Assembly: GCF_000281045.1 (NCBI RefSeq)
Contig: NW_008246073.1
Location: 524,323 to 588,322, forward strand
Length of the DNA stretch: 64,000 nt
Direction of reading: 5' to 3'
Origin: Saprolegnia diclina VS20
Lineage: Eukaryota
Shown here: positions 34,199-46,676 of the stretch, in pieces
How the letters are laid out: each line of letters opens with the position of its first letter
How positions within the stretch are numbered: position 1 is the stretch's first letter
Notes under the pieces: model-generated
What the model saw: the letters and a program-made list of their open reading frames with translations, nothing else
Told to the model about the DNA's origin: nothing
Database searches by the model: none
Made by a program: the position numbers and the translations under genes

Positions 34199-35191
34199 AT
34201 GGTACGGATGGCAAACAGCAGCGCGGACGAGCCGGACGAGTACGAAGAGGACGAGGAGAAATGGTCGCAGTGGTTCTGCGGCCTCCCTGGCAACGAGTAC
34301 TTCTGCGAGATCAACCCTGCCTACATCGAGGACTCGTTCAACCTCTACGGGCTGCGCGCTATCGTGCCCAACTACCAGGATGCACTCAACATAATCCTCG
34401 ACTTGACAGGTACTCGATGGCTACGCCGCCGCCGATGCATCTCACGCCCACGAACCTAGATATCCCGTACGACGAAGACGTGCCGTCGTGCGCCGTGGAG
34501 CTCTACGGTCTCATTCACGCCCGGTACATTATCACGAGCCATGGCCTCGACGCGATGTTGAAGAAGTACCGCGAGGCTGAGTTTGGCTACTGCCCGCGCG
34601 CGCTTTGCGACGGCCAGCCCGTCGTACCCGCTGGCATGTATGATGAGCCGCGCAAGGCTGAAATGAAGGTCTACTGCCCCAAGTGCAGAGACTTGTATAC
34701 GCCTGCAATTGACTTCGAGAGCGCGACCAGTACGATACCGCTCTTCTGGGATGCTGAGTCTAACGAGTGTGTTCTGTGTAGTTGATGGCGCCTACTTTGG
34801 CTCGACGTTCCCGCACCTCTTCTTCATGACGTACAGCAACCTGGAGCCGGCTCCGTCGACGCATCTCTACGTCCCGCGCGTCTTTGGCTACAAGATTCAC
34901 AGAAAGGGCGCAAACCGACAGCGGCTCGCGGCAGCATCCTCCAAGATGCTCGAGAATGGCGATGCGACGACAAACGGCCAGGTACTATCGCACGCCCGTG
35001 CAAAACATTGATCGATTCATACGATGCCCTTGGACAGTAGTTGTGATGCATCCTCCTTTGACCCTTAGCGACGACCAAGCAACGGTTCCAAGTTGGCCAA
35101 GGATGATACCAAGGACGACGAGCAAGGGACGAAGCAGACTACGAGCGATCAAGGCGCGCGGGGCAAGAAGAGGGTCAAGCAGAACGACTGA
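34199..35191 (+). CDS. CSNK2B: Casein kinase II regulatory beta subunit (multi-exon)
   Basis: [47 protein letters not shown]...YCPKC zinc ribbon, [22 protein letters not shown]. Confidence 0.97.
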
Positions 35192-35267
35192 GCCGCCGAC
35201 CTGCCTTAACGAATTAGCCATCTAAACTAATACCAGCTCATCTTCATGTTGCTACTTGTCGTCGCAG

Positions 35268-36722
35268 TTAGAGCTTGGCCAAGACCCGCGTAGCCTCGGC
35301 CAGCGAAATCCCTTCGTCTGCGAGGGCTTGCAGCGCTGGCTCGTAGATATCGCTGGCCACCGGTTGCACGAATCCCTTGTTGGTCACGCGTCCTTGCAAC
35401 ATAAGCTCGACCCCAATTGCAGTCGTGAGGCCAACTGAGCGCGCCATGAACGTGCTGTCTGCATCCCCGTATCTGCAGAAGCACGTAAGATTGGATCCAT
35501 GAAAGCCAGTGTACCCCAGAAGCGTGCCCGTGTGCTCCACGAAGGACCCGTCAGCTTGCTCGACGACGAGAACGTGGCGCATGATGACGAGGTCGCGCTC
35601 ATGCGGCTGCAGTGTCAGCCTGGCCTCGAGCCGGCGCGTGAAAGCTTCCAGCGCCGTCGACGCTGGCGCCAACACGCCGCTTTCGTCAAGCCACTGCAAG
35701 AAGTGCAACGTCGGGTCGCTCAAGTGCAAACTCGGAAGCGCTTGGCGGCGTGCTGCCACGAGTGCGCTCCAGGACGTCGCGTCGCCCGTCGGTGTCGAGT
35801 CATCGAGGAGCCCGAGAGCAATGCACTCGGCGAGGATGGCCGAGAAACCCGCGTAGCGATACGTGCCGCGGGAGATGGACGCGGTGTCCGGAATACCGTA
35901 GAGCTCGGCGTACGGGAGTGCGTTGCCGTTCGGTAATTGCTCCAGCGCGAGCGCGGGAAAGGCGCGCGAAGGCGAAGCGTGCTCCAAGAGGGTGTGACCG
36001 GGTACATCGACGACGCGGCCGTCGACCTTGTACTTGGCCGGCCGTTGCATCGCCCGCATCGTTCCTATAGAAGATAAGGTCGATGCTGCAAATGCCGTTT
36101 GCATCACCGACCCAAAGGTGACCACGTAAACTTGTAGCCGATGGGGTTGTTGGCGGCCTCGGGCGCCGGGAGCCCGCCGCAGGTCGACGAGAAGGCATGG
36201 ACGCGACCGCCAGCAGCGTGGACGCGAGCGATCATTTGCTTAGCACTCATGTGGTCCTAATGTACGTCCGTTTTGTGAAGCTAAACTATTTGAGAAGGGT
36301 CGCCTTACGAGGCCAGGATCAAGACCGCATTCGCAGAGAATCGCAATGCCGGCGCCGATCGCGGCCGGCTCGAGGGCTCGGAGACGTGGCGACGCGTAGC
36401 TCGCTGTCACGAGCGGTGTCTTGGTCGCGATGCAGGCGCGTGCGATCGCGAATTGCGCGTCTTCTGGCACCAACGCAGCGACGCACGTTGCTTGGAACTG
36501 CTCGAGGCACGCGACGACGGCAGCGACGGCCGAAGTCGCGTCCGTGATGCTGAGCTCGTGCGTCTGCAAGTTGAAGCGCCCCATCGCAGCCGCCTTGTCG
36601 CGCAACTGCGCTAGCTGTCGAGCGTCATCAGAAACAAGGACCAGCTGCGTGCCAGCGCTGCGTGTGATCTTCTCGACGAAGGGGAAGGCCACGCGGCCCG
36701 ATCCAAAGCAGACGACGGCCAT
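35268..36722 (-). CDS. Saccharopine dehydrogenase/reductase (Lys9 or AASS-SDH-like), multi-exon
   Basis: CFGSGRVA NAD-binding loop, LVTASYAS, CECGLDPGL, FSSTCGGLPAPEAANNPIGYKF, RGTYRYAGF, MARSVGLTTAI. Confidence 0.92.
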
Positions 36723-37349
36723 TGCGAAATGTCACAGCGAGGTCAAGGGCAAATTGTTGCGTGTTCCCAGCGTTGATCCAAATCACATCGTCATGGGACC
36801 AAGTAAAGTCAGCTTACAACAAGCACGACTCATAGAGCAAATCTACTGCGGTGTAATGGTGCCTGATTCTGGTCCACTGCAGCTGCCCACGGCACAACCT
36901 CAGATTATGATTCCTGGTCTCAGCTTGGCATCGGCGTGTTCGCGCTTGATTCGAGGACGTGCTGGGTCATATACAGAGCACGTTTGTGCAAGATACCTCT
37001 TCCGCCCCTTGAAGTGCAATCGTGGCACAGGAGTCGCCAACAAGTCCATCCCGAGGCATGCAGTGTACTGCAGTAGTGCGAAGAGGTTTCGTTCATCTTA
37101 TCAATGCTGAAGCTGATACTTAATATGGCCTTGCTAATACTGCTTGCTACCTGGAGCTGTTGGCAAGATCATGCTTTTATGACTCGACTCGATGCCGCTA
37201 ATGTGCGCTGATGTGCAGCACATTGGGCACAGACTAGGTGCACGCAAATCCAATCCGGATACAGAACTTCGAAGCCTCAAAAATCGAAGATTCCGGATAG
37301 CGCAAGCCAACCACGTGTGGCGAGCATTTCCCATATTGCGTCAGCGACG

Positions 37350-38660
37350 ATGGACAAGCAGCAGGTGGCAGCCGCGATCGAAGAGGTCAAGAACAAGGCG
37401 GAGCTCGTGACGGTCGAGGAGCAGGAAGAGTTCCTGCGCGTGCTGAAGCAGCTCAACCTTGTCACGCAGGAGCAGGCGGAACAGCGCATCAAGAAGCAGA
37501 ACGATGACTACAAGTTCTGGAAGACGCAGCCCGTGCCTGCCATTTCGGAGCACCCCACGGAACACGGTGCAATTGACGCGCCCAAGACTGTCGAGGATGT
37601 CCGCAAGACGCCGCTCAACATGCCTGCCGGTTTCGTCTGGTGCGACCTTGACTTGACCAACGAGGTCGAGCTCAAGGAGCTCTACGATCTCTTGTACCAA
37701 AACTACGTCGAAGACGACGACAACATGTTCCGCTTTGACTACTCGATGGAGTTCCTCAAGTGGGTCCTCCTCTCGCCGGGCTTCCACAAGGACTGGCACG
37801 TCGGTGTCCGCAACGAGAAGACTGGCAAGCTCATGGCTTTCATCGGCGGCTTCCCCACCAAGATCCGCGCCTACGAGAATGTGATGCCGATGGCCGAGAT
37901 CAACTACCTGTGCGTGCACAAGAAGCTTCGCGCCAAGCGCCTCGCGCCCGTGCTCATCAAGGAGATCACGCGCCGCGTCAACCTGCGCAACATCTGGCAG
38001 GCCATCTACACGGCCGGCGTCGTTTTGCCGATGCCCGTCTCGAGCTGCCGCTACTTCCACCGGTCGCTGCACCCGAAGAAGCTCATCGACGTTGGCTTCT
38101 CGCATCTTGCACCCAACTCGACCATGGCTCGCACGATCAAGCAGCTCAAGCTCCCCGATGCGACGTCGACGCCGAACCTCGTGCCCATGGCGCCACGCCA
38201 TGTCGCGGGCGTCACGGCGCTACTCCGCACGTACCTCGCCAAGTTTGAGCTCGTCGCCGACATGAACGAGCACGAGGTAGCCCACTGGCTCCTCCCGCGC
38301 GCTGGTGTCGTCAGCTCGTATGTTGTCGAAGACCCGGCCACGCACAAGGTCACGGACCTTGCGAGCTTTTACCACCTCCCATCCACGATCATCGGCAACA
38401 AGACGTACAAGACGCTCAACGCGGCGTACTCGTACTACAACGTCGCGACGACCGTGCCGCTCGTGAAGCTTATGGAGGACCTCCTCATCCTCGCCAAGGA
38501 GCAGGAACAGGACGTCTTCAACGCGCTCAACCTCATGGAGAACACGGAGTTTCTCGAAGAGCTCAAGTTTGGCATTGGCAGCGGCGAGCTCCAGTACTAC
38601 CTCTTCAACTGGCGTTGCCCGCGCATGCCCCACGGCAAGGTCGGCATCGTGCTCCAGTAG
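37350..38660 (+). CDS. NMT1: Glycylpeptide N-tetradecanoyltransferase (N-myristoyltransferase), intronless
   Basis: YKFWKTQPV, NYVEDDDNMFRFDYS, EINYLCVHKKLRAKRLAPVLIKEITRR, KFGIGSGELQYYLFNW, C-terminal GIVLQ. Confidence 0.98.
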   Translation: MDKQQVAAAIEEVKNKAELVTVEEQEEFLRVLKQLNLVTQEQAEQRIKKQNDDYKFWKTQPVPAISEHPTEHGAIDAPKTVEDVRKTPLNMPAGFVWCDLDLTNEVELKELYDLLYQNYVEDDDNMFRFDYSMEFLKWVLLSPGFHKDWHVGVRNEKTGKLMAFIGGFPTKIRAYENVMPMAEINYLCVHKKLRAKRLAPVLIKEITRRVNLRNIWQAIYTAGVVLPMPVSSCRYFHRSLHPKKLIDVGFSHLAPNSTMARTIKQLKLPDATSTPNLVPMAPRHVAGVTALLRTYLAKFELVADMNEHEVAHWLLPRAGVVSSYVVEDPATHKVTDLASFYHLPSTIIGNKTYKTLNAAYSYYNVATTVPLVKLMEDLLILAKEQEQDVFNALNLMENTEFLEELKFGIGSGELQYYLFNWRCPRMPHGKVGIVLQ

Positions 38661-38970
38661 GATTAGCGGCCGAGTAGGAATGATAGCGCGTAAAAGTACG
38701 ACGTGAGATGTACACTCGTCAAGGGGCTTGCACTCAACCATACTGCCGAGACGATCTTGGCCATTTCAACTGCTAAATGTGAACCATGGTGCCAAGTGAT
38801 GAGTCCAAGACGGAGGCAAATAAGGCCAAGGGACTAGGTGCTTCGGGGGCGTGACCAAAAGTAGGCTGTCGTGCTGCCACGTCATTCGCGTGGTTTCGCG
38901 GGCCGTTGCGACGGGGTGCGTTTCGAGCTCAAAATACCTCTGTGACGACGCCCAAATTCACTTTTCAGAC

Positions 38971-41587
38971 ATGTCGAGCCGCAGCATCTCGTTCTCGCGG
39001 CCGGCGACGTACAACCCCGAGCTTGTGCGCAAGGCGACGTTCGAAGACGACGATGACGCGGTGCGGCGGCGCCAGATGAAGGAAGAACTCGGCCTTGACG
39101 ACGACGACGCAATGCTCGAGCAGCCAAAGACGTCCTCCAACAACGCCGAGTGGCAGCAAAAGTGCGAGGACGCGCTCGCCAAGCTCCGCGTCGCCATCGA
39201 AAACGAAGAGAAGGCGCAGAGCTCGCTCAGCAAACTCCAACTCCTGAGCAAATCCCAGACCGCGATTCTCAAGACGACGTTCGACAAGAAACTCAAGGCC
39301 AAAGAGTCGCTCGTGCAAGACCTGTTGTACGCCATCTCGCAGCACGAGACCAAGCTACGCGCCGGCGGTATCGCTTTTGACCCCGTCGACACGGAACTCG
39401 CCGAGGCATCCGCGACAGCAGCGTCCACCAAGGACGACGGTGGCGACGATCCGCTTGGCAGCCTCCGCGCCGAGATTGACGCCCTCACGGAGCAGAACCT
39501 TCAACTCAAGAAGCAGCTGCGCGCTGACACGACAGCGGGTTCAAAGAGCTCCAGTAGTGATGCAAGCGGACTTCAAAAGAAGGTTGCGACGCTCGAGTCA
39601 GAGAAGCAAAACCTCCTCGCGCTTCTGAAGGACGCCCAGACCAAGTTGAGCAAAGCCAAGGACGCGCCTCTGCCTCCCGCCGCCCCGGATACCAATATCG
39701 ATGCCGCAGCCCAAGCGGCGCAAAAAAAGGTATGCAGCAGGGCGATGATGTCGATGGTGCCATGTGGTCGCCCGTGTAGCTGGAAGTCGCGCTCCAAGCT
39801 TCGGCCAAGAAGGTAGTTGGCGGGTCGGCAAGTTGGGCAGACGTTGTATTGATGCGAATAGATTGCGTCCCTGGAGCAAGAACTCGCAGCGGCCAAGAAA
39901 GCAGCCACCGTTGTTGCTGTACCAGCGTCGGAAGTGCAGCCCACCACGTCCGTGGCCGACCAAGTGCAATTCGATACCTTTAAAAGCACTTTTCTTACCT
40001 GCGATTATAGGCCAGAATCACGCAGCTCGAAGCCGATCTCGCAGCGGCCAAGGTTGCGGCGTCCGAGATGGAGGCAACCTACGTCGCCAAGCACGAAAAG
40101 CTCAAGCAAACAGCCGAAGCCGAACTGAACAAGCTAAAGGACCAGGCGAAGAAGTCTATTTTGGATCTGCGGAAGAAGCTCGAAACTAACTCCAAGAGCA
40201 GTTCGCAGCTCCAGACCAAGCTCGCGGCGGCCAAAACGCAGCTGGCTGCGCAACGCCAGGACCTCGCCACGCTGCGAACGGGCGTCAGTGGCCTCGTGAC
40301 GCAATTCCCGGCGGCGGCCAAAGACATCGCATCCAAAATTGAGGCGCGCGTCAAGGTGCAAGCCGACGCGCTCGCTGGTGTTGTCGACAATTACCGGCGC
40401 GAAATGAAGGAGCGAAAGCGCCTCTTCAACCTCGTGCAGGAGCTCCAGGGCAACATCCGCGTGCTGTGTCGGTTCCGACCCATCTCCAAGTCGGAGCTCG
40501 CGAATGGAAGCAAGGTCGTCGCCAAGTTCAACGGCCCCGAGGAGGTCTCGCTCGCGGGCGACAAGGGCAAGTCGAAAACGTATGAGTTTGAGCATGTATT
40601 TGACATGCAATCGACGCAAGACCAGGTTTTTGCGCAAGTCAAGGTACGACTGATGATTTTCTGTCAACGCCACAGCGTATCATCGACTCTAGCCGCTCAT
40701 TACGTCCGTCCTCGACGGCTACAATGTGTGCATTTTTGCGTACGGCCAGACTGGGTCGGGCAAGACGTTTACGATGTCGGGATCCACTGAGAACCCGGGC
40801 ATCAACCCGCGCGCGCTCACGGAGCTCTTTGCGCTCAAGCAGAGCCGGAAGCAAGAGTACAGTGACGAAATCCAAGTGAGCATCATGGAAATCTATAACG
40901 AAGTGATCCGCGACCTTCTCGCAGAAAACGCTGCGACGACGTACGCACACGAGCCATACATGCATTCATGTGGCTATAGGAACCTCTCGGTGCGCCAAGG
41001 CCCGAACGGCAACTTTGTGCAGGGCTTGACGATGCTCGCCGTGGCTAACGCCAATGACGTCTTCAACCTCATCACGCGCGGCAACCAAAACCGCGCGACG
41101 TCTGCGACGGATATGAACGAGCACAGCTCTCGGTCGCACTCGATCCTTTCCGTGTACATCAAGAGCACCAACGTCCTCACCAACGCGGTTGCTACGGGCA
41201 AAGTATCTTGTGTGGGATCTATCGGCATAGCTAATGACGATTCGGTAGCTGCACTTGGTCGACTTGGCGGGCTCGGAGCGCCTCTCCAAGACGGGCGCCG
41301 AGGGGCAGCGGCTCAAGGAGGCGCAAAACATCAACCAATCGCTGTCGACGCTCGGGAATGTCATTCAGGCGCGCGCCAACAAGCAAAAGCACGTGCCGTA
41401 CCGCGACTCGTCGCTGACGTACCTCCTCCAAGACTCGCTTGGCGGCGACTCCAAGACGCTCATGGTCGCGTGCTCGTCGCCCGTTGACTACAACGCCGAA
41501 GAAACCTTCTGCACGCTCAACTTTGCGGCTCGGACGCGGTCGGTCGAGATGGGCAAAGCATCCAAGAACGTCGCGTCGACCAAGTAG
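38971..41587 (+). CDS. Kinesin-14 (C-terminal motor), multi-exon
   Basis: N-terminal coiled coil, neck [24 protein letters not shown]-loop [29 protein letters not shown]. Confidence 0.96.
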
Positions 41588-41674
41588 GAGGAGTGAGTCG
41601 ACAAGCAGATGCACCGTAATGCAAAATGTGTGAAGCAAACAAAATATATTGGCCAGTGTCGCAGCGAAACGATG

Positions 41675-44600
41675 CTACCCCGTCTTTCGTCTCTTGGTGC
41701 GGAAGCTCGCGACCTCGTCATCGTCGTCCGAGACCATCGTTGGGGCATCCTCCTCGACTTGGGCAACATTCTCATCAACGTCGTTGGCCTCGGTCTCTTC
41801 CTCATCGTCCTTGGTCTCTTCCTCGTCGTCCTTGGTCTCTTCATCGTTCTCCTTGGTCTCATCCTCGTCGTCCTTGGTCTCTTCCTCGTCGTTCTTGGTC
41901 TCTTCCTCGTCGTCCTTGGTCTCTTCCTCGTCGTCCTTGGTCTCTTCCTCGTTCTCATTCGCCTCGACTTCCTCCTCGTCGGCATTCTCATCGTCGGCGG
42001 AGGCCTCGCTGCTCATCTTGACGTTTGGTGTCTCCTTGAGGTCGAACACCTCATCATCCGAGTCGGGCGCTGAGCGGATGCGGCTGCTTCGTCGCGTCGG
42101 CTGGGCCTCGGGACCGCGACGACGCTTCCGAATCGTGACGTTCGAGACCGTGGGGTTGGTCGCAGCGGTGTCGTCGTCGTCGTCGTCAGACAAGGACGTT
42201 GCCCGGCGACGCTTTTTGGGCGTCGGGACACTGGAAGACTCGCTTGACTTGGGCCCGGCTCCCGTAAAGACGGTGTAAAACTCATCGAGAAAGCCATCAA
42301 CGTCAGTCGTGTCGTCAACAAGGCGGCTGCGAAGGGCATCAAAATGTTCCTGGAGCTCCTTCATCGCCGCTTTCTCGAGACGGTACAAGTACGGTTTGAG
42401 AAGCTGGAGAAATCCGACATGCTCGTCCAGCGGTGACAACAGTGAGACGCGGAGTCCCTCAAAGAGGAACTTGAGATAGCTGCCCCGCAACGACACCGGA
42501 AGTTTCACACCGAGAGACTGGCTCAGCGCCTTGGCGAGATCGATGGCTGTTTGCGGTGAGTCCTCGAAGGTGTGGCGCAGCGCCACCATCTGCACTTCAA
42601 GCAGCTTCACCGGCGAGAGCGAGCTCAAGAGTTTCCCGAACGCCTTGGCGATCGGACGAAGGCCTGCGTACGTCACGAGTCGGAGCACGGAAGCGGCTTG
42701 GCGCTTGTTTTGAGGATTCCAAATGGACGCACTCGCGAGCGCCACAACCACGTCCCGCTGCGCGTTTTCGTCCTCGTCGTCACTCTCGAGCGCGCGCTCG
42801 TAGAATGATTGGCTTAACGCAAGAAGGTTCGGATGTGGCTTGTACGCTACAATGTCCAGAGGCGGCGCGAGCGCAACAAACTTCTCGACACACAAGCAGC
42901 GGACATCGCAAAGCGCCTTGAACGCCTCAAGTTGCACCGCTTGGATCTCGGCCCAGTGCGGCGCGTCTTCGTCAAGCTCATCATCGAGCACGTCGTGCAC
43001 GTTGAGTGTGTCGCGCGTCACGCGCTGCTTGAGGTGCATCGAAAGGAGCTGCAAAAGCGCGTCTTCCAGGGCATGTCGGCGTCGAAGAACTTTCTGAATA
43101 TGAGTGTCGACGTCGTCAGGCACCTCGCTCTTCTCAAGCATATCAAAGACGGGCGTTGTCGCCCAGAGGAGGTCCTTGAGCACAATGTTGAGCGCGTACT
43201 TGATCGCGAGCGCGTCGCCGGCAAAGTGGGTGCTACGGTCCGCGATAAACTCGAGCAGCAACGTCCGGTCTGTCGCCTTGAGGTACTCGCGCAGGTCGAG
43301 GTATCCGCCGAGAAAGCTCAGGCGGGCGAGCCACGCCCGAAGCGTGAACTGCTCGTCGTCGTCGAGGTTGCGCTGACGGATGAGCGTTGCGCACTGGTCG
43401 ACGCCTTCCTGTGCGATCGCAAAGAGAACGACGTCCACGTCGCGCTTGAGCGTTGTGTTGCTGCTCTCTGCCATGTAGTGGAACGCGCTCGAGAGCGCGT
43501 CCAAGAAGGGCTCTTCCGAGTACGTAATATAGACCTGCTTGAGACGCTGCAGGAGCATCTCGACGTGCTCGTGGTGTTGGTTGATGTTCGACGCGTTCCA
43601 ATTGAGGAGCGAGAGCCACTGCAGGAGCAAGCACACCTTTTCCGAGTCGGCCTGAAAACGCATCATAAAGTGCGGCAGCTCGCGGCAAAAGTAAATCGAT
43701 GCTGGCTCCTACGCATGCTTGTTTATCTAGCACCCAAAATAATGATAATTCCGTACCTCATCTGACGTCTTCTTGCGCGAGCTTGCTTTGCGCGCTTTTG
43801 GTGCCGACTCGTCTTCTGAAAGCTGCTTGAGCACGGCGGCGATCAGCTGGATCAAGATAGTCTACGTAGAGTGAAATCAACATTCATAATGGCAGCGCTG
43901 GCACATACCTGTTGCTCGGACGTGAGGGCGGGGTCTTGCGAGTCCGAGCCGAGTAGCTTGGCCAAAAGCCGCCAGTTCTGGATCACCTCTAAAGATTGAT
44001 GCGTGAGCGCGCGTATCCCATATATTCTAAACCGTACGACAATCTTCAAGGTCCCAAAAAGCCCCGACGAGGGTCTCCATCGGTCGCTCGATCTCGCCAA
44101 GGGACTCCATGTACTCGTCGGCAAACTCGATAAGTGCGATGGCTTGCGTCGTCAGCTGCGCCTCGGAGAGCTCTTTTTGACGGCTGACACCGAACGCATC
44201 GTACTGAAGACATGCAAACTCTGCCGCAGCCTTGGAAATGCGGTCATCTTGGTCGTAAAAGACAAGACGCTCGACGACCGTCAAGTCGCAATCGTCACCA
44301 AGCATGTCGAGTCTACTGAAAGCGTCAGATCCACAACAATCTGTATATCGTCTACCGATCAATCTTGGCGACCAAGTGGATCGCACGCAGGACCACATCA
44401 TCGTCAACGTCGTCGCACATTTCGAGGTAGCGGCGCAAGAAGCGAGCGTTGAATGCCTCGAGCTTTGATGGCTTCGCCGACTAGATCCGCGCAATTGCAT
44501 CAGCGGCGTACAAAGCGACCTGCCGTCGTACCTCGTAAATGCCTTGGAGTGCCTCGAGCACGGCGACGCGGACCTTGGCGTGCTTGTCGTTGAGCATCCA

Positions 44601-46444
44601 ACCCAAGTACTTGAGGTAGTTGTCTTCAAGAAACACGTCCGGCATGCGCTGAATCCATGCACCGAGCGCCGCGACAGATGCGGCGCGCACTTCGGGCATA
44701 ATGTCGCGGTAACGGTGTACGATAACACCCTTGAAGAGCATGTCGATGGCCGCCATGATCTTCTTGCGCTGCGTGTCGTACTTGGTCTTAGTCTCGTGCA
44801 ACTTCTTGAACTTGGGTGTCTTTTTGGGTGTGTCCTTGAGCTTCTTAGCTTCGGCGGTGTACTGGCGCGCGATCGGCGCCATTTGGTCCCGCACCAAGCG
44901 CGCGCGGTCGACGAGGGCTTTGCCAATCTCGTACGCGGCCACGGTCGACGTATGACGCACGGCCCGGACTTCAGCGCTATATCCACGTGATATAACACAC
45001 GGATAGTGACGGCTGTGTCAAACCTGGAAAGCGTCGTGAGCCAATCGATGCAGTTCTCAACCACGTCCGTTAACTGGAACGTCTCGCTGTCCCAGCACTC
45101 GACGACAAATTGCTCCCAGAACTCGGCAAACGACGACTTGAAGTAGCGGTACACCTAATCCAATGATTTGGATCTACTGGAACAGCGATAGGAATGATAC
45201 CTTCGTCTTGGACACGATCGGGTAGTTGAGATCCTTGGAGGCCTCGAGGTCGACCACAATCGCGTCCACGAGCGCGCCCATGTCCAATTCTTCAATGTCG
45301 TCGTCGTCCTTAATCGACTTGGAGGCGGCGCCGCACGATTGCAATAGAAAGTTGAGCAGCTCGCGGCTAGCAGCTTCGGTATCACTTTCGTAGCGACTGC
45401 GCCAGCCTTGAAGCAAGTCGGGGATACTGCACGTGCCTTCTCGCACAGCTTCAAAGAGGTCTTTGTCGACTTCGTCATCCGACTCTTCCTTCTTGCGACC
45501 ACCCTTGCCCTTGACGGCCTTCATTTTCGGGTTCAACGTACGTGCGTTGGGCCGCGGTGCACGATGCGGTCGAACCCTAGAATGCACATATGTAAGACGA
45601 GCAAAATACAAAAGAAAAAGGGTAGGTACGAGCTGGATTCGACCGCGGCGGCTGTTGCCATGGCTGCAATCGACGGCGACTTGTACGTTGGGGCTGGGTT
45701 GCGAGTACGCGCGCTGCGTCGCTGCGTCGACGTCTTCGTCTCTTCTTCTTCGTCGTATTCAGAGACGTCGCTCTCGTTGGCATCTTCTTCAATTGCGCTG
45801 GGCTCGGACGTCGCTTTGTTTGGCGTCGTGGATTTCGCAGGCGTCGTCGCCTTGCTGCGCCGCGTCGCACGCGCGCGTCCGGGGGTAATCTTCGCCTCCT
45901 CGGCAGGCTCGACATGTTCCGTTGCAGACTTGTCGCTGTCGCTGGGATCGTCTTGGGACACGTCCATCGCCGCCGCGTTTCGTGACGAACGTCGAGTTGC
46001 CGCCATCTTACTTGGCGTCGAAGACTTAGTAGCGCCCTTCCCCGAGCGTCCCCGAGCGCTAGACGCCGCTGGTTCTGGTGATTCGTCGTCTGTGCTCTCA
46101 TCTGCCTTGCGGGACGACGTTGCCTGCTTCTTCGTGGCGCGGACTGGCGTCTCGGTCGGAGGTACATCGTCCTCGTCCGACTCCTGTGATGGCTCCTGCA
46201 CCTCGGTCGCCTTTCGAGCACGCTTCACCGGCTGCTTGCGCACGTCGGGGGCTTCGGATGACGCAGCATCGTCCTCGTCCGAGGCCAGGGGCTTTCCTCG
46301 CACACGCTTGGACCCGCGGGTCACGGGCGCTTCATGCTCGGCTTCGTCATCCCCCTTCTTGGGCGCTTCCTTGCGTCCTCGACCGCCCGGCTTCGTCGTC
46401 GCTTCCTTCGCCGAAGCGGCCTTCGCCCGCGTTCCTCGGACCAT
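41675..46444 (-). CDS. Cohesin subunit STAG/Scc3 (stromalin), multi-exon, with disordered N- and C-termini
   Basis: LLNFLLQSCG, YPIVSK, WLTTLS...RHTSTVAA, FKGVIVHRYRDIMPEVRA, FLEDNYLKYLGWMLNDK. Confidence 0.93.
41789..41956 (-). repeat. 21-bp coding minisatellite, 8 x (DDEEETK)
   Basis: cttggtctcttcctcgtcgtc units. Confidence 0.93.
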
Positions 46445-46676
46445 CGCTGCTGCGGTCCCTCGGCAACTGAAAATGCCAAAATTAAATTCCGTGCGGTCAA
46501 CCACGATTCCACCGCGAATTCAAATACCCACGGTTTAGTTTGCTACAAATGCCCATATATTTTTAAAACAACTTTGATAATTCAAAGCGCGCCAAATCCC
46601 GCTCGACGCCGAGTGCGCGAGTATTATCCGGATCCGTTAACTGGAAAAAGATCGCGTTTTTCGATCGACGGCCGAG

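Noticed and set aside
3232..36722. LysRS and saccharopine dehydrogenase as a lysine gene cluster
   Set aside because: They are 30 kb apart with many unrelated genes between them; likely coincidence.
41609..42073. Hydrophobic (LVVLGLF)n ORF resembling a membrane protein
   Set aside because: Antisense reading of the STAG DDEEETK minisatellite.
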